Source: Desulfobacterales bacterium (lineage in GTDB: Bacteria > Desulfobacterota > Desulfobacteria > Desulfobacterales > JALSRD01). Taken from it: a stretch of DNA of 64,000 bases. Every line of letters begins with the position of its first letter. The first letter of the stretch is position 1. The position numbers and the translations under genes were made by a program. Shown piece by piece: positions 59,757 to 64,000 of this stretch. The notes under the pieces are model-generated. The model searched no databases. It was not told where the DNA came from and saw nothing but the letters and a program-made list of their open reading frames with translations. The DNA lies in the NCBI GenBank assembly GCA_026984935.1, contig JALSRD010000006.1, positions 9,410-73,409 of the forward strand, in the 5' to 3' direction.

Positions 59757-62048
59757 TCAGGCAGCCGCAAACTCCTCGGCCAGCTTTTTGTCAATGACGT
59801 AGATGCACACTTCCTTGGCACCTCGCTGGGAATATTTGTACTTGCTGATCAGGTTGTCGATGAGGAAATTGACATCATCTCTGATGCGTTTGTCGTAGGT
59901 TTTGAAGTCTTCTTGGCCGTAGTCCTTGATGGCGCGCCGGAAGTTTTCGTTTTCCAGGAAAGGATCCAACACTTTTTCCTTGAGGTTGTACACGTAGCGT
60001 TCGTAAAGCGACTGGTAGAGGCGTGTGGCGGTCACGTCCTTTTCTTCAATGATGATTTCCTGAGGCAGCGTTTCTGCTGTGTATTCGCGCTGGGTGTCAC
60101 GCCGGAAAGCGCGGCGCCTTTCTTTGCCGGCCGTCGCGCCCAGCAGCCGGCTTTCCATGCTGTCTAAAAATTCCTCGCTGATTTCAAGCTTTTCACCGGT
60201 AAAACGGCTGGTCTCCACCGATCCGATTTCGAAATTGATGGCAAACAGGTAGTTCCGGATGTCCCTGGAAATCTGCTCTTCGTTGTAGTAGTAAAGGGAT
60301 TCCTTGACTTCCTGCAGGATCGTGTAGTTGTACATGCGCTGCAAAGACTCCAAAAATCCTTCCGGGATGGACCCTTTGTGCTCTCCGATGAATCTTTCGA
60401 AAAAAGTAAAAAGATCGGTCATGTCAATGAGCTTGTCTTCGCGGCTGTAAATGGAGTAGAATTTGTTGAAGATACGGATGGAGTCGCGGCCCGAGATGCC
60501 CCGTTTGCCCTCGTTTTCCGACTCGGCCAGGATCTTGCGCCGCAGTTTGGCGGTCAGCCGCTTACGGTCTTCCTCCGAGAGCCAGCTGGGAATGACGCCG
60601 GTGTAGATTTCCATTTTCAGCAGCAGCAGGTCCTTGTCGCAGTATAGTTGGTACTTGCGGGGTTCCGGAATCCATTCACGCATGGCCACGGAGGCGGGAT
60701 TCAAACGCGAGGAGATGATGACGCGGGCGAAGTTGCGCAGCACGCGCGGCAGGAAGTTTTCCTCGATGTGGCGCCCGAAAATATTGCGGTAGATCTCCAC
60801 CTCGGTTTGGACATCCATGACATAGGGGATGGTGATGGTTTCGATGCGGTCGGAAAAGGATTTGAAAATTTCGACATTGCGCTTGTCTTCGGGATTCATG
60901 ACGGCCAGCAGCAGCGACTTGACATTTTCCTCGATATCCTCGACCTTGTGCACGCCTTCGCTGATGATGTTGTGCAGTTCGACGAAACGCTCCTTGTTGT
61001 GGGATTTGATGTCCATCAGCGCGTAAACGCCATCGTTGGTCTTGGCGTATTCGGAAAAGATGTATTTCACCAGATTGCTGTTGTTTAAGATGGTGTTGAT
61101 GCTGCGCTGCAACATGGGATTGGACATCACGCTCTGGCGCAGCGGGCGGTCGCCAGGATTGAAGACGCTGATACCTTCCCCCAGCCGCCGGTTGAAGGCG
61201 TATGGCCGTACATAGATCATTTTGAAAATTTTACGCGGCTGGTGGAGCCGCGTCAGCAGGGCATCGTACAGTGAACTGCAGATGGTGCAGGGATTGTCCC
61301 GGAAAACCCACTCGTACTCCTTGCTGTCGGAAAGCTGCCACTTGAATTCGTTGTTTTCGAACAGCTGATCGAAGAAATCCCGGCGATAGGCCTTGGGGAT
61401 CATCAGAATCGGGTTGTCGTGGCTGGGACAGGGAATTTCCAGTAAATCACTGAAAAACGGCCCCGCCGGTTCGTCGTCAAAGCCCACCGGCTCTTCCTGC
61501 CCGTTGGCGTCCAGCAGCCTGGCGAGCTTTTGAACCAGCGGGTTGATCTGGCGGCGGCCAAAGGATCCCAGGATATCCCGATCCAGGCGCCAGACCGTTT
61601 CGTAGCGCATGCCGGCTTCAGAGTTGGCGTATTCGGCAAACCTCATCAGCAGGTTGTTTAAAAAGGTGCTTTTGCCGCATCCCGGGGGACCCTCGAAGAC
61701 ATAAATTTTGTTCTGCTGGGCGCTGCGCTCCAGGGATTCAGCCATGTTGATCAAGCGGTTGGCGAAGATGCGGTCGGCGAAAAACGGATGGTCCGCGCCC
61801 TCCACAAACAGCCGGTCGCAGTCGTAGCATACGAAATGGATGGATTCGGGGTCGTCGGGATATTCTTCGGTTCCCGTTCCCACATAGTGTTTGATCATGT
61901 CGTGAAACAGCTGGAAAATGTTGCGGATCAGGGGCTTGGGCTTTTTCACGAGCAGGTCGAGGTAGTCCTCGAAGGGCATGGCGGTGTACTGATCGCGGTT
62001 GCTGATGTCCTGCGTCAGATGCTCCAGAGCCTTTTTGATCTTTTCCAT
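59757..62048 (-). CDS. PrkA/YeaG-family AAA serine protein kinase (divergent, 763 aa)
   Basis: Walker A GPPGCGKST, CPSHDNP, CTIC, SDRI, IPY, GISGRDS and C-terminal YKYS..GA helix typical of PrkA; next to SpoVR. Confidence 0.78.
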   Translation of the reverse strand: MEKIKKALEHLTQDISNRDQYTAMPFEDYLDLLVKKPKPLIRNIFQLFHDMIKHYVGTGTEEYPDDPESIHFVCYDCDRLFVEGADHPFFADRIFANRLINMAESLERSAQQNKIYVFEGPPGCGKSTFLNNLLMRFAEYANSEAGMRYETVWRLDRDILGSFGRRQINPLVQKLARLLDANGQEEPVGFDDEPAGPFFSDLLEIPCPSHDNPILMIPKAYRRDFFDQLFENNEFKWQLSDSKEYEWVFRDNPCTICSSLYDALLTRLHQPRKIFKMIYVRPYAFNRRLGEGISVFNPGDRPLRQSVMSNPMLQRSINTILNNSNLVKYIFSEYAKTNDGVYALMDIKSHNKERFVELHNIISEGVHKVEDIEENVKSLLLAVMNPEDKRNVEIFKSFSDRIETITIPYVMDVQTEVEIYRNIFGRHIEENFLPRVLRNFARVIISSRLNPASVAMREWIPEPRKYQLYCDKDLLLLKMEIYTGVIPSWLSEEDRKRLTAKLRRKILAESENEGKRGISGRDSIRIFNKFYSIYSREDKLIDMTDLFTFFERFIGEHKGSIPEGFLESLQRMYNYTILQEVKESLYYYNEEQISRDIRNYLFAINFEIGSVETSRFTGEKLEISEEFLDSMESRLLGATAGKERRRAFRRDTQREYTAETLPQEIIIEEKDVTATRLYQSLYERYVYNLKEKVLDPFLENENFRRAIKDYGQEDFKTYDKRIRDDVNFLIDNLISKYKYSQRGAKEVCIYVIDKKLAEEFAAA

Positions 62049-62119
62049 GCTGCGCCTTTCCCGGGAAACGCCCCGGGCCTGCCGGTGTGCTCGAACAAGC
62101 CGGCAGGCATTCCCGCCAA

Positions 62120-63778
62120 TCAGAGAGTTTTCTTGCTCAGTTTACGGTCCCTCATGGTGTACCGCACGCGTTGCCAGGTGACGCTGCCCACATTTTCCTG
62201 GGCATCCGTGGCTGCTGTGCCGGCAGGCAAGTCCTTTCCCTCCGGTGCGCCGATACTGACCACCTCGCTGGTTTCCAGGTGCACCGGTGCGCCCCAGAGA
62301 AACTCGATGCCCAGCATGGTGTTGGCGATAAACTCCTGTACCAGCGGCTTTTCCTCGAAACGGTGTACCAGGTAAAGTTCTCCGTCTTGGCCCTGTTCTT
62401 CATCCACCTCGATGACCGGCGGGTGGTAGAGGCTGTCGAGCACCATCTGGCGATAGTCGTCGGCCTTGCGGCTCTTGACGTAGAACTCCCACACCATGCG
62501 GTCGCGGTTGAGGCGGCGACCGGCCACGAAGAGGTTATTGGCGGTGACAAAGTCCTGGTCCACAAAGTTCTTGATGAACAGGAAGTCGCAGAAGTTTTCG
62601 CGGATGCTGAAGATATATGAACGCCCCCTGCCGGTGGCGCGGTCGAAACGCCGGCGCTGGTCCGCATCCAGAATGCGCTGGAATTCGATGGAGAGCCGGC
62701 CCTGATCGGCCATTTGCTCAATGGCATAGAACAGGCGCATGCCCAGGGCGTAAGGATTCAGCCCCACCCGCGGCATGGCGGTGACACTGGCGTTGACGCG
62801 TGCGAAATCGACTTCGTGCCCGTTGATGCGGTTGTCCTGTAGAAAGAGGGTTTCGTGCCAGTAGCTGGCCCAGCCCTCGTTCATGATCTTGGTCCGAATC
62901 TGCGGCTGGAAGAAAAGCGACGTGTTGCGCACCACCTGCAGCACGGTTTGCATCCACTTGTTCTCTTCGCGATTGAGCATTTCGGAATGTTCGAGCAGGT
63001 ACTGCATCAGGTCAGGCATGTGGACGTGACGGGTTTCGCGATTTCTGCGGTAGAGGGCGTCGAATTCCGGGTAGTCGCGGATGATGTCTGCAAAAAAAGT
63101 CTGCTCACCCTGGTCGCCGAACTGCTGCAGGCAGTCGTTGTAGCGCTTGATCTCCTGCACATAACGGGTGGTGGAGACTTTTTTCTCCTGCTGCAGAAAA
63201 ACATCGAAGTAGTAGTTGACGCGGCTGGAAAAGTCGGCCAGCGGTGTGCGGTCCAGGCGGTAGAGTTCGTGGTGAAACCCCACCAGGTTGTCGATGCCGC
63301 GGGCAAATTCGATGATGTAATCCACCCAGCGGCCCTTCTCCGAGCGCAAGGCCGCGATCAGGCGTTTGTCGGCCAGGGCCTGTCCGTTGAAGTCGTAATC
63401 CCAGGTATGGCGGAAAAACAAATTGTTCTGGAAAAAGTCGATGTGTCCCAGCACGTGGTAGAAAATCATCACGTTGAGCCAGTCAGGGTTGTTGTCGTTG
63501 TAAAAGGATACCGCCGGCCGTGTGTTGATCACGGTTTCGAAGGGGTTGCCCGGGTAAAGTTCATACTTGCCCTTGCCCTTGAGGACTTCTACGTCGTGCA
63601 CCCAGTAGTCATACAGTGTCGGGATCATCACCTTGGGGGACAATTCCAGCAGGTCCCGGTTGGAGACGATATACTCCAGGGTTTCGTCTTCGAAACGCAA
63701 TCCGGCATCACGGGCCCGCCGCTTGCAGCCCTGCATAATCCTTTTGGTATGCTGGTCAATCAGTTCCATGAGCGTCAC
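62120..63778 (-). CDS. SpoVR/YcgB family protein
   Basis: FETVINT, HVLGHIDFFQNN, PQIRTKIMNEGWASYWH, NPYALG, LWGAPVHLET; start 63778 or 63769. Confidence 0.9.
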   Translation of the reverse strand: MTLMELIDQHTKRIMQGCKRRARDAGLRFEDETLEYIVSNRDLLELSPKVMIPTLYDYWVHDVEVLKGKGKYELYPGNPFETVINTRPAVSFYNDNNPDWLNVMIFYHVLGHIDFFQNNLFFRHTWDYDFNGQALADKRLIAALRSEKGRWVDYIIEFARGIDNLVGFHHELYRLDRTPLADFSSRVNYYFDVFLQQEKKVSTTRYVQEIKRYNDCLQQFGDQGEQTFFADIIRDYPEFDALYRRNRETRHVHMPDLMQYLLEHSEMLNREENKWMQTVLQVVRNTSLFFQPQIRTKIMNEGWASYWHETLFLQDNRINGHEVDFARVNASVTAMPRVGLNPYALGMRLFYAIEQMADQGRLSIEFQRILDADQRRRFDRATGRGRSYIFSIRENFCDFLFIKNFVDQDFVTANNLFVAGRRLNRDRMVWEFYVKSRKADDYRQMVLDSLYHPPVIEVDEEQGQDGELYLVHRFEEKPLVQEFIANTMLGIEFLWGAPVHLETSEVVSIGAPEGKDLPAGTAATDAQENVGSVTWQRVRYTMRDRKLSKKTL

Positions 63779-63817
63779 CTCGCCGCGTACATGCCGGTGC
63801 GATAAATCGCCAAAACC

Positions 63818-64000
63818 TCAGGCTTCAACTTTTTCTGAAATCAGGTGCTTGATGCCCTGGATCAGGCGCGATTCATCGGCATCCTGTTCAATGACGTCCA
63901 TCCGCAGCAGGTCGGGTTTTTCATCGATCCATCCCGATTTTTTGATATATTTTTCCACTTCGCTCTGTTTGCCGCCGGCAGAGGCGATGGTGATACCCAC
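63818..64000 (-). CDS. C-terminal end of a CDS truncated by the window, probably DUF444/YeaH-like
   Basis: Open to window edge, stop at 63818; identity inferred only from its position upstream of SpoVR. Confidence 0.5.
   Translation of the reverse strand: MGITIASAGGKQSEVEKYIKKSGWIDEKPDLLRMDVIEQDADESRLIQGIKHLISEKVEA

Noticed and set aside
62120-63778. Evidence for sporulation
   Set aside because: SpoVR/YcgB is widespread in non-sporulating bacteria.

Overview
GC-rich, gene-dense chromosomal segment with gene content and protein styles typical of an anaerobic Desulfobacterota (Desulfobacterales-like) bacterium; the taxonomy is inferred, not shown. It is mostly core genes: fabG-acpP-fabF-rpiB-deaminase-nrdR-ribD/E/BA/H-nusB-trpB2, mltF, ispG-proS-rel, rpmB-bamD-trxA, pncAB, a four-subunit 2-oxoacid:ferredoxin oxidoreductase, mltG, nth and a TPP-riboswitch thiM-thiE'-thiL operon. 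I saw no rRNA, tRNA, CRISPR array, transposase or phage gene. The most unusual items are: (1) a TPR lipoprotein / membrane-anchored coiled-coil protein ending in a RelE/HigB-like domain / ExeA-ATPase-OmpA fusion operon; (2) a sigma-factor-less RsbU-STAS-RsbW partner-switching module with glycogen phosphorylase inside it, followed by rfbB and an HDOD-GAF-GGDEF cyclase; (3) a hydroxyproline-dehydratase (HypD)-like glycyl radical operon with a short activase and a DHFR-fold gene where proC might be expected, divergent from a LIV-type ABC importer and facing an orphan CbbQ/NorQ ATPase; (4) a stand-alone archaeal-type ThrRS editing domain back to back with a SelJ/J1-crystallin-like protein; (5) an in-frame internally deleted thiE; and (6) two small inverted-repeat elements and an (AACCCAAT)n tract. 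All family calls come from reading motifs by eye; no database searches were run.
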